Of a stretch of 64,000 nucleotides of DNA, positions 11,181 through 24,618 are shown in pieces. The notes under the pieces were generated by a model. The model was not told the origin of the DNA. It did no database searches and saw only the letters and a list, made by a program, of their open reading frames with translations. Numbering within the stretch: the stretch's first letter is position 1; each line of letters starts with the position of its first letter. The stretch lies in contig NC_058368.1 of NCBI RefSeq assembly GCF_018350175.1, positions 71,798,001-71,862,000 of the forward strand, written 5' to 3'. The DNA is from Felis catus. Its lineage: Eukaryota. The translations under genes and the position numbers were made by a program.

Positions 11181-13290
11181 TATTCTTTTTACTGAAAGGT
11201 GCATACCATAATTTTCAGACCTATTTATAAACTTCATTGAATATACTCTATATAAGGACCAGGAATTTGGGTTAACCACCCCAACTTTTACAGCAGTTAT
11301 GAATTCGCCTATGTTCTTTCTTAGGTTTTTTTCAAGCTTATTGCTCTTAACACAGTAATACCAGGGAGTGGGTGGATTGGGGTGGGTAGCAAGGTGCTGG
11401 TATTTCCCAATTATGAAAGCAAGAAAATCACTCAAATAGAAACGATTCCCTTCCACCCAGTCTCCTGCCTCCCTCCCACATACACACACACACAGAGCAC
11501 ACAAACATACACACTTTCCCATATACAGCTGCCACAAAGATGACAATCATGGTGGTTTGATTTCAGATCAATGGATTCCTCATTCCCTGCCTTAGGCTCT
11601 TTGCTTTGAACAGAGACTTAGGAAACCTTTTTTTTTTTTTAAAGGCAATTCCTTTTTTCTGCTACCTTTTCAACTATAAATCGAAATGTCCCTACTGGGG
11701 CTTGATGCAAAGGAAGCAGGTCCACAGGCCTCCGTGAGCTTCTTGGCTGCTACCCAGCTAGAACTTGGGCAAAAACAAATGACGCGAATCATGTTCTCTT
11801 TTTCTCCCTTGGTTCCCCATAATCCTGCCCATCACCCACTCCCCACCCACATTGAAAGAAATTCACCCACAGCCTGCCGAAAGGCTTCGAATGGTGCTGT
11901 GTTCCCTCCCTTCAGATTGTTGTTCTACTTTCCACTTTCACTCACCCCCTGGAGCCCTGATCTGTCACCCTGGTGCCTCCTGTAACTCCCATCCTCCTCC
12001 ATGGGGCCTGGGGCTACAAGGAGAGAAAGACTTCTTCCGTGAATTTCTGAAGCAGACAGAGCACGTTTGGGTTCTGCCAGAGCTTCCTCTGAAGGCTCAA
12101 AGCTTGGAATTTCTCCAAGACGATTGACGGAGGGTTGGGCTAAGGTCAGTGAAACATCGTTTTTCATTTTTCTCGGTGGCGCTTAACGTCTGGGCTGTAC
12201 CCTTTGCCCCCTCACTGGGTGTTCACCTCTTTGCTGCCTTTGCTGGTGGTCTCACGCGGGAGAAGTCGCTACACCTTTCACTGGGTGGTGTGGGGGGCAA
12301 GGAGATCTGCACCCACCACTACAGGGCGTTGCCAGGCATTCAGGCTGTTCCTGCTGCTGGAGAGCAGCTGTCAGAAGGCCAGGAGCAGCTGCGTAAGGTG
12401 AAGGAATACATGTGTTCCTCTGCACTGGAGACCGAGGGAACCCCAAAGGTGGTCTGGCTTCTTCATTTAGCAAGATGACATACCCTCAAGTAAAACATGA
12501 ATATCTGCAGAATCCCATCATCTAAACCCCAGCTGAGAGGACGGTGCTGGTGAAGACCCCTCCCCAGCCAGCCAGAACTGCCAGTGTGCCAGCCGGTGCT
12601 GGGGTAAATGGCATGTCCCCAAATTTAGGGGCCTGAGGGAGATGCACCGCACTGAGAGCCATGAGCTGTTGGTGCTTCCATGACAGCTGCTGGCTGTTTT
12701 CCAGTACTGCGGGGCACCAGGCAGCAGCAGATGATATATTCATGAGGAATTTGGAGTTGATTCGTATGGGAAAGAAGACAGCCTTTACACCGCCAACATA
12801 CTTAAAGCTTTCGTTAGTTCACACATTGCTGCCTGGATGGCATTGATAGAGTCAAAACGGAATCGAGAACTGAGGCAATTATCCACATTATTCAACTCAC
12901 AGAAAACACTTTTGCACAATCAGCGGGATTTTTCTTTCTGGTGAAAGTAATTGGGAACCTTGACTTATAGGGCTAATCTCCTCAGTTAATTTGGCATTTG
13001 GAGATATGGCCCCTATTTCCAGAACAAAACAATTTCTAGAGGCACTTCCCCTGAAGGATATGACTGTAGCTGGTCTCCCACCTTCTCCAGTTCTTTCGTA
13101 CTTCTAGGTTCTGATATACCGTGTGCTAGATATGTGGATTCATACAAGGCATTTGCTGTTCCACCCACCCCAAATTAAGTTGTGCTTTGCATTTGGTTTT
13201 TCTCAGTGAGAATTTTGAAAGCCCCATTTGTAAAGCTGTGGTGTCAGCCTTTGGTGTCTGGGTGGCAATGTAAGCCTCATCTCTAGCAGG

Positions 13291-13641
13291 TGTCTCAGTT
13301 TGTTCAGGCTGCTAGAACAGAAACCCACAGACAGTGGCTTTTAAACAACAAACATTTGTTTCTCACAGGTCTGGAGGCTGAAAAGTCCAAGATCAAGGCA
13401 CCGGCATATTTGGCGTCTGAGAATCTACCTCCTAGACACTGTCTTTTCCCTGTAAACTTACATGGTGGAAGGGATGACAGAACTTTCCAGATTTTCTTTT
13501 TTAACAGCACTAATCCCATCATGGGGGCTCCACCCTCATGACCTAATCACCTCTTAAAGGTTCCCACCTCCTAATACAATCACCTTGAGGATCAGAATAT
13601 ATGAATTTTGGGGGGGAGGACACAAAATCCAGTCTATTGCA
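13291..13641 (-). mobile_element. MLT1A-like solo LTR
   Basis: 'tgtctcagtttgttcaggctgct ... ggctccaccctcatgacctaatcacc ... cagtctattgca'. Confidence 0.9.
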
Positions 13642-14758
13642 GGTGACGAATTACATATAAATAGGGCTTATGATCATATTATTAGGTTAGAAACTGAGTT
13701 GCTTGAAGTCTGCAGTCCTGTACACCATAATAGGGTCAGAATCATTACCCTCATTCTCCCCCTTCCCTGAGGTTGGGAGTCACAATCAAAGGATTTCTTT
13801 CTCTTTCCTCTGGCACCCCCAACAGGTAGATGGTGGTCCCAATTCTACCACACCTCAATCCACCTGTCTTTCCCGTGCGTGTGTTTCACAATTTCACATC
13901 CACTGTTAGAACGAGAAATATGTTTTTATTGCTGGCTTGAGTTTAAGCAATTCTGGGAATGCTATGGAAGAAAGGACAGTTTTGTCTATGGTAATATGCC
14001 AGGAATATTGTAAACCCTCAATAAATGTGTTGGATTTCATTGAACACAAACACACACCATGAGCCCTTAGGTTCGTGCAGTGCATTCATTTTCCAAGTGG
14101 TTTCCTGATCTGTCACTGTACATGTTCTAGTCTACAGCACCTTTGGCCAACATGGTCAGGGGTCTATTCTTCCAGGACAAACGAGTTCATCTAAAGGAAC
14201 TGATGGATTTAATTATAAAAGACGATAACCATGATAATCCATGGTACGAGTGGGAAGTTCTCTATACAGATGAGAAGGACAGCAATTGTGTCCATCCTTC
14301 CAAAGGACAAAGGATGCGTTCAATAATTACAGAGCAGCTGTCTTTACCTGCTGTGCCTGGAAGTGACTAGGATGTGTCACCCCACAATCAATTTGTAATC
14401 ACTTAGAAAAGCAAAAGGTGATACAGAACAATCAGGCTGGCTTTGTGTAGAGTAGATCATGTCAGAGCAGATGAATTTTTTTCTACAAGAAAGAGAAGGG
14501 CTGAACAGGACAAGGTGTATAGAAAATATATCTGGGCTCCAGGAGCCTTTCTACACATTTTCATCCTCGGGCTGGTGGGATTTGGGTGAGTCCTGCTACT
14601 GTTAGGTAAAAGGTGATTTACTAGTAATTTCATGCCAACCCGGAGAGGGGCATGATGGCCTGGGACCTCACAGAGGTCAACCCTCTGGATTAATTTTGCA
14701 CAGTCATTGTTGGGAGACAAGCCATGTCCAGTAACAACTTTCACCTTAAGACACTCAC

Positions 14759-14850
14759 ATGACTGATTTCAGTGTCCTGACTCCTGCACTGGGTCTCTCT
14801 TAGAGTCAGTGAGCCAATGGTTGTGGTGGCCACGGCTTGTGCCCACATCT
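14759..14850 (-). other. Candidate internal exon (92 nt)
   Basis: Minus-strand acceptor cttcccaatggttttag| and donor CAT|GTGAGT; no homology recognised. Confidence 0.25.
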
Positions 14851-15264
14851 CTAAAACCATTGGGAAGTGGCAGTTAATCAGATATTTTCTCTTTGCACAT
14901 TCATGGGGGATGGTTTCCTGGATTTTTGCATAATTGGACACAGGCATATTCTGTTTGAAGGCAACCCTCCTTCATAAGTTGCATTAAGACTGCCAAAAAT
15001 CACCCCTCACCAACAAATTGATTTTTTTAATAACATCGCTTGGAAACTTGCAAGTTAATGACCCCAAGTAGGAGACTTTAGAAAGCCTAGGTACCACTTA
15101 AAACTTGCAGAATATGCATTTCAGGATATAGGTGACATTTAGAGAAGGGAACCTGGGGGACGCGCAGACACCCATTTCTTATTGCTACGAAAAGCACATT
15201 GGGAGGAAAAGGGAATCCTAGTTCTGACAGCCAGTGTTTCTTTACCTCCAGGCATTTTAAATGC

Positions 15265-15390
15265 ACTATGTGAATTAATTATCATAACCCCATTATGAAG
15301 ACAGGTTTCGTAGGAATCCCAAGGTCACACAGGGAGGAGATGGTAGAGCTGGGACCCAAATTTTGCTTTGGCTGTCTCAAAGCCAATGAT
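15265..15390 (-). mobile_element. MIR fragment
   Basis: 'cccaaggtcacacag ... ggtagagctgggacccaaa'. Confidence 0.6.
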
Positions 15391-15639
15391 TAAAACTCTA
15401 CTCCTCCCAACTTTCAACACTAACAACCTTGTTTATAACCTTTCACAACTAACTCCCTTTATGCTTGAACAACCTATATACACATATATAAGATTTAAAT
15501 TTTTATTTACTTTCATAAAAATGGAACACAGTTGCATAGTTCTCTGAAATTCATATGAAGGTCATACTAAAGACGTCTTCCATTTTTTCTTAAGAGCTAG
15601 AAAAGGCTAAGAAGTAAGAATTTTCTCTACAAAAGTTTG

Positions 15640-16110
15640 AAAGCAGCAATAAAACCAAATGAGTCCATGTGCTTTTTCATAAGTAGCTCTTTAATATTCC
15701 AATCTCCTCTCCTGGTATTGGTCTTTTGAGGTGTTGGGCTTCTTGGATTGTTTTTTTGTCATACAAATTTGCTTTTGGAAATTCAAATGTATTATTATAA
15801 ATGCATTTAATATTTTATGAAATTTAATATACTTCACACCTGAGTAATCTACTTATTCATTACTATGAATTTTACAATAAGTAAAATCTACTTATTCATT
15901 ACTAAGAACTATATATTAGCTATCTCTTTCTTAAAAATTATATTTTCTAAGGATTTTCTATTTTAGAAATCTTTTTAAATAACAAGTTTTAGTTTTTATC
16001 ATTCTTTCCAGAATTTTTATCTTTTCTACTTAATTAATTTCAGCTTTTACCTTTTAAAATCAATTTTCTTCTTCTATTTTTGCCAAAATTTTATTGTTTC
16101 CTTAAATTGA
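15640..16110 (-). mobile_element. Highly degraded old L1 ORF2 fragment
   Basis: T-rich antisense L1-like sequence that appears to resume at 23345-24270. Confidence 0.5.
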
Positions 16111-16129
16111 AAAACTTAGGGTAAATCTA

Positions 16130-16345
16130 ATGTAGTTGATGAAGTCCATGAACTGAACATTAGCTACTTTGGTTCAAAGCCTGGCTTTGCTACTCACAAG
16201 CTGCATGACCTTGGGTAAGTTACTTAAACTCTCTTTGTCTAAGTTTTCTTACCTGTAAAATGATTGTTGTGAAGATTGAATGAGCTAATATACGTAAAGC
16301 TCTTAGGAAGCTGCCTGACACATAGTATCTGCTTGGTAAAAATAT
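16130..16345 (+). mobile_element. MIR SINE
   Basis: 'gctgcatgaccttgggtaagttacttaaactctct ... cctgtaaaatg ... gcctgacacatagta'. Confidence 0.88.
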
Positions 16346-16609
16346 TTAGAAAGAAAACAAATGAACCCCTTTACATAATAAGAGCTAAGGTGATATTATT
16401 ATTTTTATTTCAGTATAGTCAGCACACAGTGTTATGTTAGTTTCAGGGGTATAATAACATGACTCAACAATTTTACACACTACTCAGTGTTTATCTTAAT
16501 AAGTGTATTCTTAATCCCCTTCACCTATTTCATCCATCCCCCCACCCACCTCCTCTCTGATAACCATCATTTTGTTCTCTATATAAAGAGTCTGTTGTTT
16601 GGTTTGTTT

Positions 16610-16841
16610 CTTTTTTTTAATTTTTTTAAAATTTTTTTAACATTTATTTATTTTTGAGACAGAGAGAGACAGAGCATGAACGGGGGAGGGTCAGAGAGAG
16701 AGGGAGACACAGATTCCGAAACAGGCTCCAGCCTCTGAGCGGTCAGCACAGAGCCCGATGCGGGGCTTGAACTCACGGACTGCAAGATCATGACCTGAGC
16801 TGAAGTTGGACGCTCAACCGACTGAGCCACCCAGGCGCCCC
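16610..16841 (-). mobile_element. Can-SINE inserted in the L1 3'UTR
   Basis: Complete element with CpG-retaining head 'ccaggcgcccc'; degenerate TSD gtttgtYtctttttt. Confidence 0.97.
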
Positions 16842-17021
16842 AAGTTTGTCTCTTTTTTTAATTCCTTTGTTTCGTTTCTTAAATTCCAATATGAGTGAAA
16901 TCATGTGGTATTTGTCTTTCTCTGACTGACTTATTTCACTCAATATTATACTCTCTAAATCCATCCATACTGTTGCAAATGACAAGATTTCATTCTTTTT
17001 TATGGTTGAGTAACATTCCAT

Positions 17022-17066
17022 TGTGTGTGTGTGTGTGTGTGTGTGTATATACACACACACACATAT
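17022..17066. repeat. (TG)n(TA)n(CA)n microsatellite in the L1 3'UTR
   Basis: Direct reading. Confidence 0.9.
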
Positions 17067-17983
17067 ACACACCACATCTTCCTTATCCATTCATCTATTG
17101 ATGGACATGTGGGCTGCTTCCATAATTTGGCTATTATAAGTAATGCTGCAATACACATAGAGGTGCATATATATTTTTTTGAATTAGTGTTTTCTTATTC
17201 TTTGGGCAAATTATTGTTTACCAGTAGTGAAATTATTAAATTATATGGTAATTTTATTTTTAATTTCTGAAGAACCTCCATGCTGTTTTCCACAATGGCT
17301 GCACCAGTTTGCATTCCTACCAATAGTACACACGAGTCTCTTTTTCTCTACCTCCTCACCAACACTTGTTTCTTATGTTTTTATTTTAGTCATTCTGACA
17401 AGAGGTGTGAGGTGATATAGTGCTGTGGTTTTGATTTGCATTTCCCTGATGATTAGTGATGTTGAGAATCTTTCCGTGTGTCTGAGGGCTATCTGTGTGT
17501 CTTTGGCGAAATGCCTGTTTATGTCTTCTGCCCATTTTCAAGTTGGGTTGTTTTTTGGGGTATTGACTTGTATAAATTCTTTATTAGATACTAACCCTGT
17601 ATTGACTACATCATTTGCAAATATCTTCTCCCATTCAGTAGGTTGTCCTTTAGTTTTGTTGATTGTTTTCTTCACTGTACAGAAGCTTTTTATTTTGATG
17701 TAGTCCCAATAGCTTATATTTTTGCTTTTACTTCCCTTGCCTCAGGAGACATATCTAGAAAAAATGTTGCTACAGCCGATGTCAGAGAAATTACTGCCTG
17801 TTCTCTCTTCTATGATTTTTATGGTTCCAAGTCTCACATATTTGTGTATGGTGTTAAGAAAGTGGTCCAGTTTCATTCTTGTGCATGTAGCTATCCAGTT
17901 TTCCCAGCAACAGTTTGTTGAAGAGACTGTCTTTTTCCCATTGCATATTCTTGCCTCTGTTGTCAAAGATTAATTGACCATAG

Positions 17984-18093
17984 GCTTTCAGTGCAGAACC
18001 CATTTTGGGGCTTGATCTCACAAACTGTGAGATCATGACCTGACCTGAAATCAAGAGTCAGATGCTTAGCTGACTGAGCCACCCAGGTACCCC
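17984..18093 (-). mobile_element. Can-SINE, 5' half only (no CT tract or tail)
   Basis: 'gagatcatgacctgacctgaaatcaagagtcag ... gagccacccaggtacccc'. Confidence 0.9.
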
Positions 18094-20363
18094 AACATAA
18101 TTTGCTCTTCCAGTCCATGAATATGGAATGTCTTTCCATTTGTTTGTGTCATCTTCAATTTCTTTCATCAGTGTTTAATAGTTTTCAGAGTATAGGTTTT
18201 TCACCTCCTTGGCTAAGTTTATTCCTAGGTATTTCATTATTTGGGGGGGGTAATTATAAATGGGATTTGTTCTTAGTTTCTCTTTCTGCTACTTCATTAT
18301 CAGGGTATAGAAATGCAGTGGATTTCTGTATATTGATTTTGTATTCTGCAACCTTATTAAATTCATTTATTAGTTCTAGCAGGGTTTTTTTGGTGCTGTA
18401 TTTAGGGTTTTATATCTATAGTGTAATGTCATCTGCAAAAAGTGAAGGTTTTATTTCTTCCTTACTAATTTGGATGCCTTTTATTTCTCTTCCTTATCTG
18501 ATTGAGGTGGCTAGGACTTCCAGTACTATATTGAATAAAAGTAGTGAGAGTGGACATCCTTGTCTTGTTCCTTGATCTTAGGGGTAAAGCTCTCAGTTTT
18601 TCACCATTGAGTATGATGTTCACTATGGGTTTTTCACATATGGCCTTTATTGTGTTGAGGAATGTTCCCTCTAAACCTCCTTTGTTAACGGTTTTTATCA
18701 TGAATGGATGCTGTACTTTGTCAAATGCTTTTTCTGAATCAATTGAAATGATCATATGGTTTTTATCCTTTCTCTTGTTGATGTGATGTATCATGTTGAT
18801 TGATTTGTGAATATTGAATCACTCTTGCGTCCCAGGAATTAATCCCAGTTGATTGTGGTGAATAATTTTGTAATGTATTCTTGGATTTGGTTTGCTAATG
18901 TTTTGTTGAAGATTTTTGCATCTATGTCCATCAGAGATATTGGCCTGTAGTTCTCTTTTTTTGTAGTGACTTTATCTAGTTTTGGTATGAGGGTAATGCT
19001 GGCCTCATAGAATAAATTTGGAAGCTTTGCTTACTCTTCTGCTTCTTTGGAATAGTTTGAGAGGAATAGGTATTAAGTCTTTAAATGTTTGGTAGAATTT
19101 ACCTATGAAACCATCTGATACTGGACTTCTGTTGGGAATTTTTTGATTACTGATTCAATTTCATTGCTGGTAACTGGTCTGTTCAAATTTTCTATTTCTC
19201 TCTGATTCAGTTTGGGTAGGTTATATGTTTCTAGGAATTTATCCATTTCTTCTTGGTTGTCCCATTTGTTGGCATATCATTTTTCATAATATTCTTTTCT
19301 AATCCTTCGTATTTCTGTGGTGTTTGTTGTCATTTCTCCTCCTTTTTTCTGATTTGAGTTCTCTCTCTCTCTCTCTCCCTCTCTCATGAGTCTAGCTAAA
19401 CTTTTATCAATTTTGTTGATCTTTTCAAAGAACCAGCTCCTGGTTTCATTGATCTGCTCTATTGTTTTTTTTTTTTTTTAGTTCTATTTTGTTCATTTCT
19501 GCTCTAATCTTTATTGCTTCCTTCCTTCTACTGGCTTTGGGTTTTGTTTGTTCTTTTTTTTCTAGCTCCTTTAGGTGTAAGGTTAGGTTGTTTGAGATAT
19601 ATCTTGCTTTTGAGGTAGGCCTGTATTGCTTTCCTCTTAGGGCAGATTTGCTGCATCCCAAAGATTTTGTTCCATTATATTTTCATTTTAGTTTGTTTCT
19701 ATGTACTTTTGATTTCCTCTTTGATTCCTTGGTTGACCCATTCATTGTTTAGTAGCATTGTTTAGTTATTTAATCTCCATGTATTTGTGTTCTTTCCGGA
19801 TTTTTTCTTTTGGTTGATTTCTAGTTTCGTAGTGTGTGGTCAAAAAAGATGCATGGTATGACTTCAATCTTTCTGAATTTGTTGAGACTAGTTTTGTAGC
19901 CTAATGTGTGATCTATTCTGGAGAATGTTCCATGTGCACTTGAAAAGATGTGTACTCTGCTGTTGTAGGATGGACTGTTGTGAGTATATCTGTTAGATCC
20001 ATCTGGTCCAATGTGTCATTGAAAGTCACTGTTTCCTTACTGATTTTATGTTTAGATGATTTATCCATTGTTGTAAGTGGGATGCTAAAGTCCCCTACTT
20101 TTATTGTATTACTATTGATTATTTCCCCTGTGTTTGTTATTAGCTGCTTTATGCATTTGGGTGCTGCCATGTCAGGTGCATAAATATTTACAATTGTTAT
20201 ATCTTCTTGTTGGATTGTTCCCTTTATGATTATATAGTGTCCTTCTTTGTCTCTTGTTACAGTCTTTGTTTTAAAGTATATTTTGTCCTATGTAAGTATT
20301 ACTACCCAATCTTTCTTTTCACTTCCATTTGATTGATAAATGTTTCTTCACCCCTTCACTTTA

Positions 20364-20589
20364 TTTTTTAATTTTTTTTTTTTTTTTAACGTTTATTTAT
20401 TTTTGGGACAGAGAGAGACAGAGCATGAACGGGGAAGGGGCAGAGAGAGAGGGAGACACAGAATCGGAAGCAGGCTCCAGGCTCTGAGCCATCAGCCCAC
20501 AGCCTGATGCGGGGCTCGAACTCACGGACCGCGAGATCGTGACCTGGCTGAAGTCGGACGCTTAACCCACTGCGCCACCCAGGCGCCCC
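20364..20589 (-). mobile_element. Young Can-SINE inside the L1
   Basis: Many intact CpGs; perfect 16-bp TSD tcaccccttcacttta (20348 and 20590). Confidence 0.98.
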
Positions 20590-23344
20590 TCACCCCTTCA
20601 CTTTAAATCTGCATATGTCTTTAGGTATGAAATTAGTCTTTTATAGGCAGCATATAGATGGGTCTTGCTTTTTTTTTTTTTTTAACCCATTCTGTCACCC
20701 TATGCCTTCTAATTGGAGCATTAGTTCATTTACATTCAAAGTAATTATTGATAGGAATGTATTTATTGCCATTTTGTTATTGGTTTTATGGCTGTTTTCA
20801 TACAGTTTCTCTGTCCCTTTCTTCCTTTGCTCTCTTCTCTCACAATTTATATTAAGTTGATGGTCACTTAGTTTGAACCCATTTTTTATCCCCCCCCCCA
20901 TTTTAGGTATATGGTGTCATACTCTACGTCCTTTTATTTTGTGAATACCCTTGAGTGATTTTTATAGATATACTTAATATTACTGCTTTTGTACTTCCTA
21001 TTTATCTTACTCCTTTAGGGTCTTTTCTTCCCACTCAAAAAGTGCCCTTTAACATTTCTTATAAGGTTGGCTTAGTGGTCATGAATTCCATCAACCTTTG
21101 TTTAGGAAACTTTATCTTTCCTCCTATTTTGAATGATAGTCTTGCTGGATAGAGTATTCTTGGCTGCAGGTTTTTCAGTTTTAGCACTCTGAATATATCA
21201 TGCCACTCTATCTGGCCTGCAAAATTTCTGCTAAAAAATCAGCCAATAGCCTTATGGGGTTTCCTCTTGTAAGTAACTGGTTTCTTTTCTCTTACTTCTT
21301 TTAAAGTTCTCTCTTTATCACTATTTTTTGCCATTTTAACTACTATTGTCTTAGTGTGGACTTCATTGGTTGATTTTGTCAGGGCTCTCTGTGCCTCCTG
21401 GATCTGAGTTTCTGTTTCCTTCTCCAGATTCAGGAAGTTTTTAGCTATTGTTTCTTCAAATAAATTTCCTGCCTCCCTTTCTTTCTCTTCCTCTTCTGGA
21501 ACCTCTATAATATGAATGTTAATATGGTGTTGCCAGGTCCCTTAAATCTATTTTCATTTATTATTATTATGTTTTCTCTCTTTTGTTCAGCTTGATTGCT
21601 TTCCATTATTCTTCCTCCAGGTTGCTGATTCATTCTGCTTCCTTTAGTTTACTATTTATTCCATCTAGTGTGTTTTTAATTTCAGTTACTGAATTCTTCA
21701 TCTCTGATTTTGTTTTCTTTCTCTTTGCTGAGAGTGTCCCTGACATCCACCACTCTTTTCTCAAGTGTAGCGAGTATCTTTATGACCATTACTTTAAATT
21801 TCTATCATGTGTATTACTTATGTCCATTTCATTTAGCTCTCTTGCTAGGATTCTGTCCTGTTCTTTCATTTGGGACATATTTCCTCTGTCTCCTATTGTC
21901 TGGTTGCCTGTGTCTGTTTCTATGTGTTAGGAAAGTCAGCTCCATCTCCTGCTCTTGAAAGTGGTGGCCTTATGAAGAAGAGATTCTGTGTCCTGTAGTG
22001 CCCTGCAGTGCAATGCCCCCTGTTCACCAGCACCTAGCACTTTAGGGTGTCTCCTATGTATGTTTTGAGTGCCCTACTGTTGTGGCTGAGCCAGGTTTGC
22101 TCTCAGTTCATTCATCTGCAATGGCTCGTTGCCCTATTGTGGACAGGGTTTGGTCCCTGTGTTGTTAGTGGACTAGTCTGGTGCCACCTTGGGCTTGAGT
22201 TGGGTCAGACCAGGTGTTTGCCAGAATTGTGGTTGCACTGAACTGCAGGGTGTTTTCCTTGTGTTGTACCCTGAGAAGCTTTGGTTGGTGGGCAGTGCCT
22301 GCAGTGAGACCAGATATCTGCTCCCAGCCCCCTCCTGAAGCTGCAGTTGGACTTATGTGTGTGGTTATCTTCCTATCTCCCCAGGGCAGGAGTCACTTTG
22401 GGGTGATTCTGGCCCCTGTCAGGGCTATTTGCACACTGCCAGGCTTTTGGCACTTCTTTGAAGGGGCTGTAGCCAAGGGCATACTGGGCAGGGCAGGTTT
22501 GCAAGAGAGCATGGGGGGCAGGGCATGTGGTGTTGGCAAGGTTTGTGCAGGTCCATTGTGAGAGGGGACCTGCAGCCACTTTAGAAAATTCCTGCTGAAG
22601 ACTGGTGGGATGAGTCTACAGGAGAGCTCAGTGGCAGGGCATGCTGTTGGCAAGCTGGGTGGAGAGTGTTGGTGCTGTGCTGCTAGGCTGGGGGGCAGGT
22701 GGGGGAGGTAAATGGCAGCCACCCGCTCCTTTATTCCTAGAGAAGTGAAGTCTCCTAAAGATCCCTGCCCCTCTAGCACGCACTGAGATTAGTAAATAAG
22801 TTTCTCTCCCATATACCCCAGATGTTTCTCAAACTGCTGCTCCTATGCTGTATCTCCATGAGGCTGTTTGTTGTGCTGTCTTTTTATGGGTGGGGACTCA
22901 GTTTCCTACTGCTCTCCCGGTTTTCCTAGAGTCAAGCTGATGATTTTTAAAGTTCTAGGTGTTAAGCCCCACTGGTTCTAAGAACTCTGGAAATTAGTCC
23001 CTTCTGATTTTCAAAGCCAAGTGTTATGGGGATTTATCTTTCCTATGCGGGTTCCCCACGCCTGAGGTGCTTGATGTGAGAATCTTGTTACTCTCCTCTT
23101 TCTGCACCTGCGGCATCCCTCCCTCCCATGGACAGTCCCTTGGGTCTGTCCAGCTCTCCCCCCATGTCTCAGCCCTTCCTACCCTCTTCAATGTGGCCTC
23201 TTCTCTACATTTAGCTGTACAGAGTGCTCTGGAAGTCTTCAGGTCATTTTCTGGGTAATTTACATTGATGTGGGGGTTATCTAGTTGTATCCCTGCAATG
23301 AGGTGAGCTTAGGATCTTCTTCAACATCTTTCCTGGAAGTCCTG

Positions 23345-24270
23345 AAAATATGCTTTTTGAAAACATATTTAGCTATGGTTTTGGTATGAAACCTTCCTCT
23401 CGATATTTTTTAGATGATTATTTCAGATTTTGATGTATTTCTTTGAATATTTTTAAAAAATATTTCAAACCTACAGAAAAGTTGACAGAATCATACACAA
23501 CTACCGCCATCAAATTCTCCAATGAGCATTTTGCTGTGACCTACTCATCCCTCTGTTAAAAATTTTTTTTTAGGTTTATTTATTTCTGAGACAGAGAGAG
23601 ACAGAGCATGAGTGGGGGAGGGGCAGAGAGAGAGGGAGACACAGAATCCGAAGCAGGCTCCAGGCTCTGAGCTGTCAGCACAGAACCTGGGCCTTGAACT
23701 CACAAACCGTGAGATCATGACCTGAGCGGAAGTTGGTCACTCAACCAACTGAGCCACCCAGGTGCCCCTCATCCCTCTGTTTATCCATCAATCCAGCTTG
23801 ATTTTGAATGCATTTCAGGTAAGTTGTAAACAAATTTTGATATATTTTTGATAAAGGGGTCAATTAAGGCAGTGTTTCTTAATTCTAATAATGTGTTATG
23901 AGACCATTTTGTCATCAATCTTCTCATTTTATTAGAGTATGAATCAAGAATATGGCTTATATGATTTCTACTTTGGGGAGGTTTTCTTCACGATTTTTTG
24001 TAACATGGATATAAAAGTTGTATTCTCTGCTTGCAGAAAACATAGTTCTGTGTGCTTATTAAATTGTTTTTGTTGACTGTATTATTCAAATCCTCTATAT
24101 TATTATTGATTTTTCTGTACTTGATTTGTAAACTTCTGAAAGACGTATATTACAATTTCTTGTTATAATTTTTAAAAAGTTGCCCTTGTATTTCCATTAA
24201 GTATATTTCTTCTATTTGAAGTATTTTTCTATACCATTCATATTCTAGATTCCCTAACACCCTATTATCC
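23345..24270 (-). mobile_element. Old L1 fragments (degraded ORF2 plus L1MC/MD-like 3' piece)
   Basis: 'aaatatttcaaacctacagaaaagttg' and 'gtattattcaaatcctctatatt'. Confidence 0.6.
23558..23768 (-). mobile_element. Can-SINE
   Basis: Complete element; 13-bp TSD tcatccctctgtt. Confidence 0.97.
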
Positions 24271-24618
24271 ATTTAGTGTGGCTACTGAGGGAAAGAATCA
24301 TTGTATTCACTCCCCTCATCTTTTCTTCTCTTGAGGTGTCTGATCTCAGTCAATTGGCATTTCCTCAGCTAGGGGACATTGATAGATTTTTCCTGAATCT
24401 TTGCAGGTATTAAAAAATAAATCCTTCTGCCCTTATGGCTAAGGGATACATCAGCCTGATTGCTCTTCTAAACCTCTTATCTTTTTCCTTGGGATTTTCA
24501 TCTCATTGTGTTTTTGCTTTGGGCTATGAGCTCTTGATCTTTTGGACCATTAAATTGGTTCTCAGCCATGATCATCTTTTTCAGTTCATACATTGGATAT
24601 CTAAATTAAGATATCAAA

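Larger units (their letters stand above)
16396..23342 (-). mobile_element. Near-full-length carnivore L1 (5'UTR, ORF1, ORF2, 3'UTR), disabled
   Basis: ORF2 peptides: RT-region '[34 protein letters not shown]', endonuclease-region 'GDFSIPLTTMDKSSKHKISKET' and 'YGQLIFDN..KDSLFNK'; GC-richer 5'UTR about 22000-23342; many frameshifts. Confidence 0.93.

Noticed and set aside
14143..14370. Protein-like ORF (DKRVHLKELMDLIIKDD...) with possible plus-strand splice sites
   Set aside because: Weak donor, no recognised homology, no partner exons
18102..18575. 157-aa hydrophobic ORF (a similar one lies at 63165-63521)
   Set aside because: Antisense reading of L1 ORF2
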